Assembly (NCBI GenBank): GCA_013239625.1
Contig: MU054323.1
Span: 19,861,082-19,925,081 of the forward strand
DNA length: 64,000 nucleotides
Reading direction: 5' to 3'
Source: Lama guanicoe
Taxonomy: Eukaryota
A program made the position numbers and the translations under genes. The notes under the pieces are model-generated. The model was not told the origin of the DNA. It saw only the letters and a list, made by a program, of their open reading frames with translations, and ran no database searches. Below, in pieces: positions 53,157-64,000 of this stretch (positions are counted from its first letter, which is position 1; every line of letters starts with the position of its first letter).

Positions 53157-53427
53157 GTGGCGCGGCGCGGCGCTCGCGGCTGCTGTCTGGGAGGGAGGCC
53201 GGGCAGGCGGCGGAGCGGCGCGGCTCTCAACCTGACGGGGAAGTGGCCCGGACGGCCGTGGCTGACTGCCCCGGGGCGGACGGACGGACGACGGAGGCGG
53301 GAGGTGGGAGCCGAAGCCGGGCGACCTAAACAGCGAGCGGGTCAGGCTCAGCGTCGGCCACCCTAGTCGGTCCGCTGAATGAAGTGCCCGCCCCGCTGAG
53401 CCCGGAGCCCGGCGCTTTCCCCGCAAG
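53157..53427 (+). other. EML4: EML4 exon 1 5'UTR (TSS approximate)
   Basis: ggcgcggcgcggcgctcgcggctgctg...ggcgctttccccgcaag closely follows the human EML4 leader as I recall it. Confidence 0.75.
53379..53399 (+). other. Upstream ORF in the EML4 5'UTR (MKCPPR*)
   Basis: ATG AAG TGC CCG CCC CGC TGA; out of frame with the main ATG and ending 28 nt before it. Confidence 0.7.
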
Positions 53428-53452
53428 ATGGACGGTTTCGCCGGCAGCCTCG
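53428..53452 (+). CDS. EML4: Echinoderm microtubule-associated protein-like 4, first coding exon (25 nt, MDGFAGSL plus first base of D9)
   Basis: caagATGGACGGTTTCGCCGGCAGCCTCG|GTGAGT: strong Kozak (A at -3, G at +4), peptide matches the EML4 N-terminus MDGFAGSLDDSIS..., canonical donor at 53453-53458 (phase 1). Confidence 0.95.
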
Positions 53453-56400
53453 GTGAGTACGGCTGCGAGTCCTCCGTCTCCTGCGCAGGGTGGGAATCTT
53501 GTTCCCTGCACACGCGGCCCAGGCCTGCTCTCCACCCTGCCCCTCGGGATGGCAGCAGTTTCAGTGCACATGTTCCCCTCGAGCCTGCCGCCCCTCAGCG
53601 GGCTCCGGAGGACTCAGAACCCCTCCCCCATGCCAGACCTCCTCTGCAAGACCCTCCTTCCCTCCCAGCGTCCCCTTCAGTGCGGGGCCCTTCTTCCCCA
53701 AAGTGGGAACCCCTTCTCTCAGAGACGCCCCCTGTATCTGGTACGCCCCTCCCCATACTCTGACGGCTCCCCGCACCTTCAGGGTTAGGACACCCCTTTC
53801 TCAAGCCCTGAGCTCTCTTCTGGGTACAACATTCCTCCCCCCTCCCACATACCGAGCTCTCTTTCAGGGTAGGGACGCCCCTTACCTACGCAGAGGCTCC
53901 CTTTTAGGGTAGGGACCCCCATTCCCTCTTCGGGAAGGGGGCACCCCCCCTCCTGTCTTCACTGTGCGTTTGGAGTCTTCTTTTAAGTATCTGTCAGCGT
54001 AACTGACAACTTCCCTTGACTCCTTCCACTTCTGTGAACGTTTTGCAGTAGTGGAGAGAACCAGAAGCACTGAAGCATCATTTGCTTAATACAGGAAAGG
54101 AAGAGGTGCATCTGTGTTAGGGGACCCTCTTTAAGAGAGGAGTGAAAGCAGAAGTATTTTCTGGCGCTGCAAGCATGCTGGGGAGAAGTAATCCTGCCCA
54201 GTGAATCCATAGAAAAGGGGGCCTCTGTCCGGGAAAGAGAGGATTCTCCATTTTTGGAATATGTTGTCTTTGTGGAATGGAGAAAGGGAAGAGGTTATTG
54301 AGTGAGTAGGCAGAAGTATGCTTTCAGTGTCCCCTTTCACCCAAAGATAGTAAATTTTGTAACTGGGTAAGGGGATCAGAACTCGAGGCTGGCACTCAGT
54401 GCCCTGTAATCTGTGTCTGGAATTACTATTCTTTGAGAGGCCATTGGAATCTGGTTACTGTAAAGATTGAGCTCAACTGTTAACGGTGAGAGAAAGAGTT
54501 TCTGCTTTGGCTGATACTGCAGTTATGTGATACCTGCTGCTAGATTTGTATTTTGAGTATTTTATGTGGAGGTAGCTTGTATTCAGACACCTTTCTTTTG
54601 CATTTCTTTATAATAAATTCCTAGTTGGTTTATGTTCATGGCTCAGTGCATGATCTGGCTATAGGCCATATTTTATTCAGACATACTGGGATTAGATGGG
54701 TTTTTTCTAATCTAAAGTAAAAAAGTAAGTCAAAGAGCAATGGACCCATTATGGGTATTAAATAATGAAACCAATAATTTGGGCCCTTTCTTTGGGAAGA
54801 AAACACACACACACACACTCTCACTCTCGAGGACTTTGAGAGTGGAAATCCTAAAATAGGAGGCAACTGAGTGTTTCTCTTTCCTCCCCAAAGGCACCTG
54901 TTGTCCATTATCTAACCTTTGATGTCTTATAATTCCTTACATAGTGAAGTTGTTTCATTCTTGGGCTCCTTTTAAAGAGGCATCAACTTTTCACTGTTTT
55001 TTTAGCCTTGTGCCTGGATTTATTCGCTAATCTGACTGAACTGAAAGACTTGTCCTTTGTTTACAAAGAGGTAATCATACACTAGGGCAAAAAACTGAGT
55101 GTCTTGAGGGGTGTTGGGGGACTGAGATATCTGCACTGTTGACTCCTCAGCCTGTAAGAATGGTAGGATCACTACTTAAATTAGAATCAGCTTTTACTTC
55201 TTCCCTGATGATTCTGAGGACTTGAGAAGGCTCATCAAAGCTTCATCTTCTGTAAGCGTTTTGTGGGAGTCTTTCTCACTAATTGGGGGCTTTTAGGTTT
55301 ATTTTGAAACAGTGGATGTGCCTTGTTAAATGACTTTATCCCTTCTTACCCAATTCATGAAGCAACTGACAGGAGAAGCTGAAAGATGAAGATGAATTTT
55401 AGTTGGGGCTCCCACTTTTCATAAAGAGCGTTATAGCTGACCCTGATGTTGAATTTGTTTTTTTCATTTGATAATTTTTTTATTCTTTTGATGCCATCCT
55501 TGGGTGGCATCTTGATGAGACTTCCTTTTTCAAAATGTGATATTGATCAGAAGGGGAAATGCCTGTCTCTAAAGAGCCTGTGTCAGCACTGAGGGAAAGA
55601 AATGGTTCCTGACTATATTTCTGGAGCTGCTCTTGATGAAGATACTTCTCAGCAGGAGCTCTGTGCTTTCTCTTTCTGTCCCCCTTGAAAGAGTCAAACT
55701 AGGCCCCAACTTAATTGAAACCTTAAAGGGTTGGGGGTGGGGGAAGGGTAATGCTGGTATATTTTACTGGTAGTCTTTAAGCAGAGCTTTGCTCGCTCTT
55801 GCCAAATTGCTTGTTTCTGCTCCTGCAGTTCATTAGTCTAGAGCTTACAGTTGCATTGATCTTTATTTTATCAAGAGAGCCGTGAATGTAAAGGCAAGCT
55901 CTTGTATTCTAGGAGATGTTAAAAAAACTTTTTTTTTAACCAAACAAGAATTCAAAACGTGAAGTTCTTCTGGGGTCATAAGTATTGAAAGTGTTTATTC
56001 TCAAGGAAGTGTACATGTGTATCTTCTTTTATATACTAGATGGGTTCTTGGGAAAAAAAATGAGAAAATTACATTTTTATAAGCAGAAAAGCTGAGTGCT
56101 TTATAAATAGAATGATTCTAGAAAAGCTGATTATTTAAAGGGATCTTATGGTGCATCATTTTGTAAAGTGAAAAACTTTTGAAATTCAAACTGTACCCTT
56201 GATTGTTGAGTGTTTAGATAAGGAAAACACTATTACGTGCATTTTATAAGATGTCTAATGGCAGCTAAAGCTGTGTAGTGGTTTTGAAATTGAGAGGAAT
56301 TTTAGGTGATTGGCTTTGTTACATATGCCACATTGAAGTTATATACCTGTTGTATTACTTTTGTTTTACCTGAAAACAAGTAAAGGATGCTTTTAATCTC

Positions 56401-58389
56401 TGCAGCTGATGAATTTCAGGCAATTTGGCTGGCAGGTGCTTGTACTCTAGAATTTTCTTTAAGTGTAGTATGTTTTAGTTTCTGAATTTTGGTAATTTAA
56501 AAAGGCAGCATTTTAGGATCAAAACTTTTTTTAACTTAGTGAGGGGAAGGTACCCTAAACAATCTGTCTTGATGTCCTGCCTCCAGATCAGTATATACAT
56601 ATACATACACATAGAAAATGTATATGCAGTATATATTTTAAATCTCAGATCTGCGTACAAAAGTGAGAAACCATTGACACAGCTTTTCTAGTTGATTTTC
56701 ATTAGAAAGGGGTTAGGTGCATCTCATGCTTAGTTTTTTTAGCATATCTTTTTCATAATAAAGATTTTAGTTTTAAGACTTGGAATTAGCCTACAAGTTT
56801 AGTCAGTGTTTATGCTTTAAAGAAAGCGTACAGTTAACCATGTCAGTTTTAACTTTTTCGGCTCCAAAGTTTAAAAGCAAAACAAAACTCCAAAACTTCT
56901 TTTTAAGGAAAAACTGTAATGAATGAAATTGTAGAGTTAGTATAAGAAACATAACATTCTCAGTGCAGTAGTAGTATGCTTCAATTTATGAAATATTTTA
57001 AGAAAACAATCTTTAACATCACAGTATAGAACTATCATTTCTCATCTCAGCTGTACGCTTGGTTTCTTAAAGGAACTATGTAGTGCATGATTTTTAAATA
57101 TTAATCTGGTCTAAAGCATTTTTATGTTTATTCATATAAAATGTTCCTCATGTAATAACATTACTTGGAGAATTTTTTTCTTAACTTTTAATTTCTTACT
57201 GGTTGTCTCTTGAAGGGCTCAAGATAAGCTTACTAATATATGGTATGACATGAGTAGTAACTCTTAAATGATTACTACAGTATTTATAACATAAATAAGC
57301 TGGAGTATTTCTTGACACGTACGTGGATTAATACCTGTTTTGTGACATGCTTCTTGCCCTTCAGGAGCTTACTATCTGGTTTTAAATACATATCTAGAGA
57401 TAGTGAAGCTTAAGTAAAGCAAGAGAAATGGGAGTTGAAAGGAGAAGCACTGTTTAGAATGCAGTGCCATGTATCAAGCCTGTAACTTTTGAGGTGACAT
57501 TTGGAGATTGCTAAATTTATCTCTATAGATCCTGGCTTTTTAAAACCGTGAAATAATTTGTTTAGCAGTCCAAATATTAGGGAATGATATTACTTGGATC
57601 TCTTCTGCTTTGTGTTTAAGTTTGAATGGCATGTAGAACAAGTAGTATGTTAATTTTATGCACGAGTCTATTTCTATTACATGTAAAACTTCAATAATTT
57701 GTTCATAAGAAATTTGAGAAGAGTATTTTGATTTTAAGATAGATTGATTCTGAACTTTTAAAAAGTCTAAGGAAATAATCTACTTAATCAGCTACTACCT
57801 CAGTGTGGAAAATCCGAAATCTATACTATATTTCTGTGTCTGTGTGTGATCTTTTGTCCTTTGGTTTTTAGCTGTCTCAGACTAGTATAATGCCTTCACT
57901 TTGCATATTGCTTTATAGTTTACAAAAAGCTTTATCTCATTTAATCTGCATGCTAACCTTGGGAGAGAAGAAATTATTCTCCTTTCATAGATGAGAAAAC
58001 TAAGGGTCAGAGAGTTTGCAGTTTTTAAAAAAGACTGTTAGAATCCAGATTTTTCTTTTCTTTTTCTTTTTTCTTTTTTCTTTTTTCTTTTTTTTTTTGG
58101 TGGGGAGTGGGGTGGGAAGCCTAATTTGTCAGGTTTGTATCCAATGAGAACACAATACAAAAGAAGAAAAAAACAAATTGCCTTTTTTCTAGTTTATCTA
58201 TAAGCAACTGATGTTAACATGTTGATGTACTTGTTTTTAGTCTTTTCCTATGCCTACTTGTTTACACAGTTAAAATTATACTATAGATATAATTTTGTGT
58301 TCAGGTTTTTTTCTTAGATCCTAACCATTTTCTCCACTTGAACTCAGATTTTTCTGATGGAGTCCAATGTTCTTTTTCCTATCCCATTA

Positions 58390-59205
58390 CAGACTCTTCA
58401 AAACCAACTTGTACATCAAATCTAACATACCTGAAACTGAGCTCCTCTGTCTCTAAATCAGTTTCTTTTCCTTATTTTCCAGTCTGTTATCACCCAGCCT
58501 TGAAATCTTAAAACTATGTTTGATTCCTTTCCATTTTTGCCTACCATATTAAAATTTCTTCTATGACTTGTCAATTCTTGTCACCTTTTCCCATTCCTCA
58601 CTTTGCTTTTCTACCACCACAGTTGAAATACTTACTTTTCTGTGTTTGGATGATTGCATAACCTGAAGAATCTCCACTTGTCTATAATTTATTTTGGGTG
58701 AGGGGAGGGCTTCAGATTAATCTTCCTAAAGCAGTGCTTTGACCGTGCTCTTCCAGATCGCTTCATTGTCTTCATGACTAAATTCAAGTACTTTAGCTTT
58801 GTTCTCAAAGTCCTCCATTATCTCTTTCTACTGTCTTAACATATTCTGGCCTAAATGACCTATTTCTTATTCCCCATAGTTGGTTGGCACTTTTTCATCC
58901 TTGTGACTATTCTCTCCTGAAGTACCCTTCAAGGCTTAACGCAAATATTGTTTCCTTTCTGAGCACCCTTATTTGTTCTCTTTCATTCCCAACTCAAAGT
59001 ATTCACCCTTGAACTTTTAGCATAGGAGCATTCTTAGGGCACTTACCACAGAATATCTCTTCTCCTAAAGTAGAAGTAATTATTCCAAGTCTTAAAATTA
59101 TTATGTCTTATTTTCCCGGCAAAATTATAAACCTGTTGAAGGCTGAAACTCTCATGTGTCTTTGAAATCTCACAGCAGGGCAGTGGAGATTTCATGATTC
59201 AGTAA
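58390..59205 (+). mobile_element. Degraded L2 remnant
   Basis: tcaaatctaacatacctgaaactgagctc...cagattaatcttcctaaa...attataaacctgttgaagg L2-type motifs. Confidence 0.65.
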
Positions 59206-59558
59206 AATTTGGGGGAAAATTATTGGGAGACCAGTATGTAATTGGCAACTTACAATCTTTACTTTTACCATTGGTTCATTAAAAACAACAATAACAACAA
59301 CCACCAAACAACCTTGGAGACCAAAAAATTATCATACAGAATCTCAGAATAGAATTCTTTAAAGAAATTGAATAATTCATTATGTTCTTATTTCACCTGA
59401 AATGAGTGAAAACTTTCTTCCAGACTTTATTGGGAATCTGATAAAGAACTCTGTGTCAGGTTCTAGGGTAGTATTTTTCAAGTGCAGGTCTTACGTATGA
59501 CCTATTATGGATTTAGAAATCAGTTTATTTGGGGTCAAAACAAATGTTAAAAATAGGA

Positions 59559-59956
59559 GGAGAGGGGCTTCATGAGGGTGGAGTAGAAGAATACGGAGCT
59601 TACCCTCTCCAATGAATACAGCAAAAATACATCTACATATGGAACAATTCTCACAGAATACCTACTGAACTTTGCCATAAGATCTTGTACAATTGGAACT
59701 ACAAGGGAAATCTTTACAAAACCAGATAAACAACAAGGTTCTATTTATAGCATAGGGAACTATATTCAATATCTTGTAATATTGTAAACTGACCATACTT
59801 CAATAAAAATACATATACCAAAAACCTTGTAATAACCTATAATGAAAAAGAATATGAAAAGGAATATGAATGTATAACACATTTTGATTTAGACTAGACA
59901 TTGACACAACATTGTAAACCAACTATACTTCAATAAGAAACTATTTTTAAAAATTT
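59559..59956 (+). mobile_element. About 400-bp L1-derived element joining an L1 5'UTR-like segment to an L1 3' end, with a 12-bp TSD
   Basis: ttaaaaatagga at 59547-59558 and 59957-59968; 5' part aaaaatacatctacatatggaacaattctcacagaatacctactgaac; 3' part gataaacaacaagg...agcatagggaactatattcaatatcttgtaat. Confidence 0.75.
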
Positions 59957-60599
59957 TTAAAAATAGGAAATGAAGAAAAAAGATTATAAAATAATTGGTG
60001 CTTCATATGATATTGCTTCAAGAAACTTTTAATTTCAGTTTTATATGTTTGCCTTAGATGGCAGTATAAAATTGATTTCTTATAAGGGGTCACGATCAGA
60101 TGAAAAATACACATTTAGTGGCTATTTCCTGTCTTTAAGAGACTAATTGGGAAGGCTGACATAGACATGAAAAGGCAGATAACAATCACAGGTAGTTGTA
60201 GTGAATTGTGCTGTTTTTGGAAAGTTTTTAGAATCTGAATATAGTAATTAAAATACAGTTAATGTCAATAGCAGCAAAACTCTATAGTTATAGAATCAAT
60301 GTAATTCAGGCAAACTCAGTATGAAGAAATGTGGTTTTCTAAAACTAATAGTCCTGGGGTGTATTATTTACTTTGCAGAAGGATTCACCATGTGGTTTTT
60401 CCCCGGCTTTCTTAATGAGGTTGTCTCTGTCTTGACTGGTTCTCTACTCATTAGCTTTTTAAAATCTGTCTAGTCTTTAAGACATGGCTCAAGTACACTT
60501 GTTTTTTCTGGAAGCTGCATCTGATTATTCTAGTCTTGCACTCAAACCGTTGCACTGTAGTGCTCCTAAAGTGGAGACCAAGTGCTTACACATAAGGGA

Positions 60600-61605
60600 T
60601 CTGGGAGTGTAGCCAGAAATTGAGTCGACCTAACCAAAAAATTCATACAATTATTTTTCAACCATTATAATAAAGATTGATCCAGACAGGAATCACTGAT
60701 AGATGCTAAGTCTAGGGGGATATTTTGATGAGGAGCAGGATGTTTGCATGGTCTTAAATATCTCCCCATATATTGCTTCTTAGTTGCAAGGGGAAAAAAG
60801 TAGTAACTCTATACAGTGATGAAATCAGACAGCACCTTGAGTACATGATCAAAATAAATAGCACGAGTGGGCATTGTCTGCCCCTGAATGTGATGCCCTG
60901 CAAAGAACACATCACTTACGTAGTTCTCCAGCTAGGAATGCATAACCTGAATCTAATCATGAAGAAACACTGGACTCCAAATGGGGAACATCCTATTTTT
61001 TTTTTTAAGGGTGGGGAGAGTGTACCCTTTTTTTTTTTTTAATGTTAATGTTACAAAGACAAAGGCTGTGTAAATGAAGGAGACTAAAGAGACATGGCAA
61101 CTACTTGTAGTACTTGATCCTAGAATGGATCTTGTTTCAGAGGGGAAAATGCTATAAATGATATTATTGAATCATTTGCCAAAATTGGAATATGGATGGT
61201 AGGTTAGATAAAAGCATGCAATCAATGTTATATTTACTACAATTGATAACCTTAGGATAGTTATGTAAGATAATATTTTTATTCTTAGGAAATATACACT
61301 GAAGTTTTTAGGAATAAAGTGCCATAATATGTAACTTACTCTCAAATGGTTCAGGAAAAATTATGTTATATATATATGTGTGTGTGTTTAACATATATAC
61401 ACATATATGTGTATATACATAACCGTGTGTATATGTGTGTATGTATAGAGAGGAGGAGGGAGGCTGGAAGGATTCTCATGTGCAAATAATGCAAATGAGT
61501 AAAATGTTAACAATAGATGAATTTGGTGAAAGTTGTGCACGTGGTTTTTTTGGTACTATTCTTGGTCTTACAGCTCCTCTGTAAGCTTGAAATTACTATT
61601 TTAAA
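60600..61605 (+). mobile_element. L1MC4-like 3' end
   Basis: caaccattataataaagattg...gatgctaagtctaggggga...ttttgatgaggagcaggat...ctgtaagcttgaaatta. Confidence 0.8.
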
Positions 61606-61625
61606 ATCTCTTTATACTTAAAAAA

Positions 61626-61750
61626 TTTTTTTATTGGGGGAGGTAATTAAGTTTATTTATTTTTATTTATTTATTGAGGTACTGGGGATTGCACTCAGGA
61701 TCTTGTGCATGCTAAGCACACATTCTGCTACTGAGCTATGTACCCTCCCC
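61626..61750 (-). mobile_element. Camelid-type tRNA-derived SINE
   Basis: ggggaggtaattaagtttattt...gaggtactggggattg...tgcatgctaagcac...ctgagctatgtaccctcccc. Confidence 0.92.
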
Positions 61751-61787
61751 TGAAATACAATTTTTTTAAGTTGAGGTTTATTTATTT

Positions 61788-61914
61788 GTTTTTTGTGGGG
61801 TTTGGCGGGGAGGGGTAATTTGATTTATTTATTTTTAATGAGGGCACTGGGGATTGAACCCAGGACTTCGTGCATGCTAAGCATGCACTCTACCACTGAG
61901 CTATACCCTCCCCC
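61788..61914 (-). mobile_element. Camelid-type tRNA-derived SINE
   Basis: actggggattgaacccaggacttcgtgcatgctaagcatgcactctaccactgagctataccctcccc; intact A and B boxes on the minus strand. Confidence 0.93.
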
Positions 61915-62056
61915 TTGAAATTATTTTTAAATGAAAAGTTTTTTTAAAAATCTTAGTGAACTTTGTTTTAAACTCCATAGTATTTGAAAATAAAGAAATA
62001 TCTCCTCTCCCAGAAAATTCTAGGCAAACTTTTGGGATAAGACTGTGGCTCCTAGC

Positions 62057-62195
62057 GGGGAGGGGATAGCTCAAGTGGAGGAGATCCTGAGCTCAATCCC
62101 CAGTACCTCCTCCAAATATAAATAAATAAATCCAGTTACCTCCGTCTCATTGAAAAAAAAAAAAAAGGAGGAAGAAACACATTTAAAAAAAAAAA
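62057..62195 (+). mobile_element. Camelid-type tRNA-derived SINE with a short internal deletion
   Basis: ggggaggggatagctcaagtgg...tcaatccccagtacctcc...aaataaataaa + A tail; degenerate TSD aagactgtggctcc / aaaactgcagctcc. Confidence 0.88.
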
Positions 62196-62624
62196 CTGCA
62201 GCTCCAAGAATATGTTCTATGTATATCATGTGGTTTCCTTTTATCCCTAGATAGAGAAACATACCTCTGGGCCAGAGGCAGCTGTGGTTCAGATTTAGTC
62301 GACAGACATGTTTTATTTGGCCCTTTTGAGTGTGTTAAAAATTGGGAAATTTCACATAAAAATCTGCATCTTTGATTTCTCTTGAAAAATAGAGTGATCT
62401 TTCCACTGTGGACTTGAATTCCAGATGATCTATAACCTCACTGAGTGGTGTGTCAGGTAAATAGCCTCAGTCCCTGCCTTTCACCTAGCTTGTTTCAGAT
62501 GTTTACTTTATTGCCTAATCTCTCTTGTCCTATGTTTGCAGCCTTTATCTCGCCCAGGAGATGATGGGGGTGTCTTCTTTTGTGCTCACAGCAATCTGAG
62601 AAATAAGTTGTTGAACTGATGCCT

Positions 62625-63350
62625 GCTAACATTTTAGTGTGTATATCCTATAAACAAGGACATTCTCCTATATAACCGTACTACTACAACAAAGAGAATC
62701 AGAAAATTAATATTGATGCATTACTGCTATCTGACCCTCTGACCTATTCAAGTTCCACTCATTGTTTTAGTAATGTCTTTCACAGCAAAAAGATCCAGTT
62801 CAGAATCCAATGTATTTAGTTGTCATGGCTCTTTAGCCTCCTTCAGTCTAGAACAGATCCTTAGTCTTTGTCTTGGGTTTCATGGCCTTGATGCTTTGCA
62901 AGATTACAGGCAAGTTGTTTTGTAGGATGTCCAAATCTGATGTTTTCTCTTAACTAGATTCAAGTTATGTATCTTTGGCACAAATGCCACAGAGGTGAAG
63001 GCTGTGTTTTGTCTCATTGCATCCTGTCAGGTGGCACACAATTTTAACTTGACCGATAATGTTTATTTTGACCATTTGATTAAGGTGGTATCTGCCAGGC
63101 CTCTCTACTGTAAAAATTACTTTTTTTAACTTTATAATTAGTAAGTATTTTGTAGGAGGTACCTTGAAACTTTGTAAATATTCTGTTCCCCGTGAGATCT
63201 CAGTGTATTAGTTTGTAGCTGTATGGACTCTGGTATCCTATTTTTTCCCAATGGATTATAATTCATTATTATTTATTTTGATGTTCAAGTTGGCCCCCGT
63301 TTTGAGTGCCCATTCATGCTGGTTTCTGCATTCTTTTGACATGTTCTTTT
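62625..63350 (-). mobile_element. Old L1 (L1MC-class) 3'UTR fragment
   Basis: cctataaacaaggacattctcctatataac...tttagttgtcatggctctttag...gattaaggtggtatctgccagg. Confidence 0.7.
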
Positions 63351-63845
63351 GACATCAGAATGAGGTGATTCAGGTGAACAGTTTCCGCCCGTAATAACTT
63401 GCATATATATTTTAAGTAGGGTTCAGGTGAGATTTTGAATTAAGTCATTTTAAGCTAGTGAACACTCTTTATGGTTCTTGGAGTTTCATAACTTCATAAT
63501 ATTTTATCTTACACTTAAAAATTATGTTAAACACATGGACTAGACCATTAATGTAAATTAACGTGAAAGTAATTGCTATCAAAGGGAAGTCATTCAATAT
63601 TATGTTTGTTACTATTCTTTTTCTATATTTAAACAGTCAGCAATTACCTTAGAGCAAGGTACTGTTAGGTGGTGTGTGTGTTGGAGGGTTGGGTAAAATA
63701 AAATATATTTAAGCAGCAGAATCAACCATGGTTTCTTTCCCAGTAAAATATTGTGATCATCTTTCCTCTCAGCAAGTATACATGCATTGTATTCTATTAT
63801 TTGGACATCTGGTCTGCTTAAGCAATGTATATAGAACGTAGTTTA

Positions 63846-63950
63846 ATTTTTTTTTTTAGTTGAAGTATAGTTAGTTTATAGTGTTGTGTCAGTTTCTGGT
63901 ATACAGCATAATAGTTCAGTCAAACATACACATTCGTTTTCATATTCTTA
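63846..63950 (-). mobile_element. Short L1 3' tail
   Basis: tttttttttttagttgaagtatagttagtttat...tctggtatacagcata; same family as 4803 and 21148. Confidence 0.8.
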
Positions 63951-64000
63951 ACTTATTCTTGGTGACTGATGGTGGTTAATATGAGCATTAGACATACATA

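Larger units (their letters stand above)
52950..53520 (+). promoter_or_regulatory. EML4: CpG-island promoter and first exon of EML4
   Basis: Very high GC and CpG density; E-box CACGTG 53078-53083, ETS core CGGAAG 53095-53100, GC boxes GGGGCGGGG at 53117-53125 and 53147-53155; no TATA box. Confidence 0.93.
53453..64000 (+). other. EML4: EML4 intron 1 (partial; exon 2 lies beyond the window)
   Basis: GT donor at 53453; I found no sequence encoding the next residues (DDSISAASTSDVQDRL) in the remainder; T-rich and repeat-laden. Confidence 0.88.

Noticed and set aside
53428..53763. 111-aa ORF starting at the EML4 ATG
   Set aside because: Only the first 25 nt are exonic; the rest is read-through past the canonical GTGAGT donor into GC-rich intron 1.
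52812..53912. Many overlapping Pro/Arg/Gly-rich ORFs on both strands (up to 181 aa)
   Set aside because: Expected from stop-codon scarcity in a CpG island; low-complexity products with no recognisable domain.
55490..55511. Small hairpin gatgccatcc-tt-gggtggcatc in intron 1
   Set aside because: A 10-bp stem is too short for a pre-miRNA and has no snoRNA boxes; compatible with chance.
61845..61914. tRNA-like sequence with A and B boxes
   Set aside because: It is the head of a repeated SINE with an AT-rich tail, not a tRNA gene.
1..64000. Prokaryotic-type systems (CRISPR arrays, operons, defence islands, retrons)
   Set aside because: The sequence is mammalian; there are no regularly spaced direct repeats with unique spacers and no gene-dense regions.

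Overview
This is mammalian genomic DNA, not prokaryotic. It is most likely from a camelid (alpaca or camel), judged from the short tRNA-derived SINEs and the L1 3' ends. The only protein-coding sequence I can support is the first coding exon of EML4 (+ strand, ATG at 53428, MDGFAGSL-, 25 nt, followed by a GTGAGT donor), inside a CpG-island promoter at about 52950-53520. Everything downstream (53453-64000) is EML4 intron 1; exon 2 is not in the window. The upstream 53 kb is intergenic (in human, the interval between PKDCC and EML4). It is dominated by old interspersed repeats (L2, MIR, L1, MLT/ERVL LTRs, MER5/MER20/MER53/Tigger DNA transposons), microsatellites, several repeat-poor enhancer-like patches and one 308-N assembly gap. 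Apart from one L1 ORF2 remnant, the other listed ORFs look like noise. I found no novel multi-gene system. The best leads are a short uORF in the EML4 leader, a solo LTR pointing away from the EML4 promoter, a TSD-flanked L1 5'UTR/3'-end fusion element, an inverted SINE pair in intron 1 and distal motif clusters. Repeat family names and boundaries come from recalled consensus sequences and are approximate, not from a RepeatMasker run.
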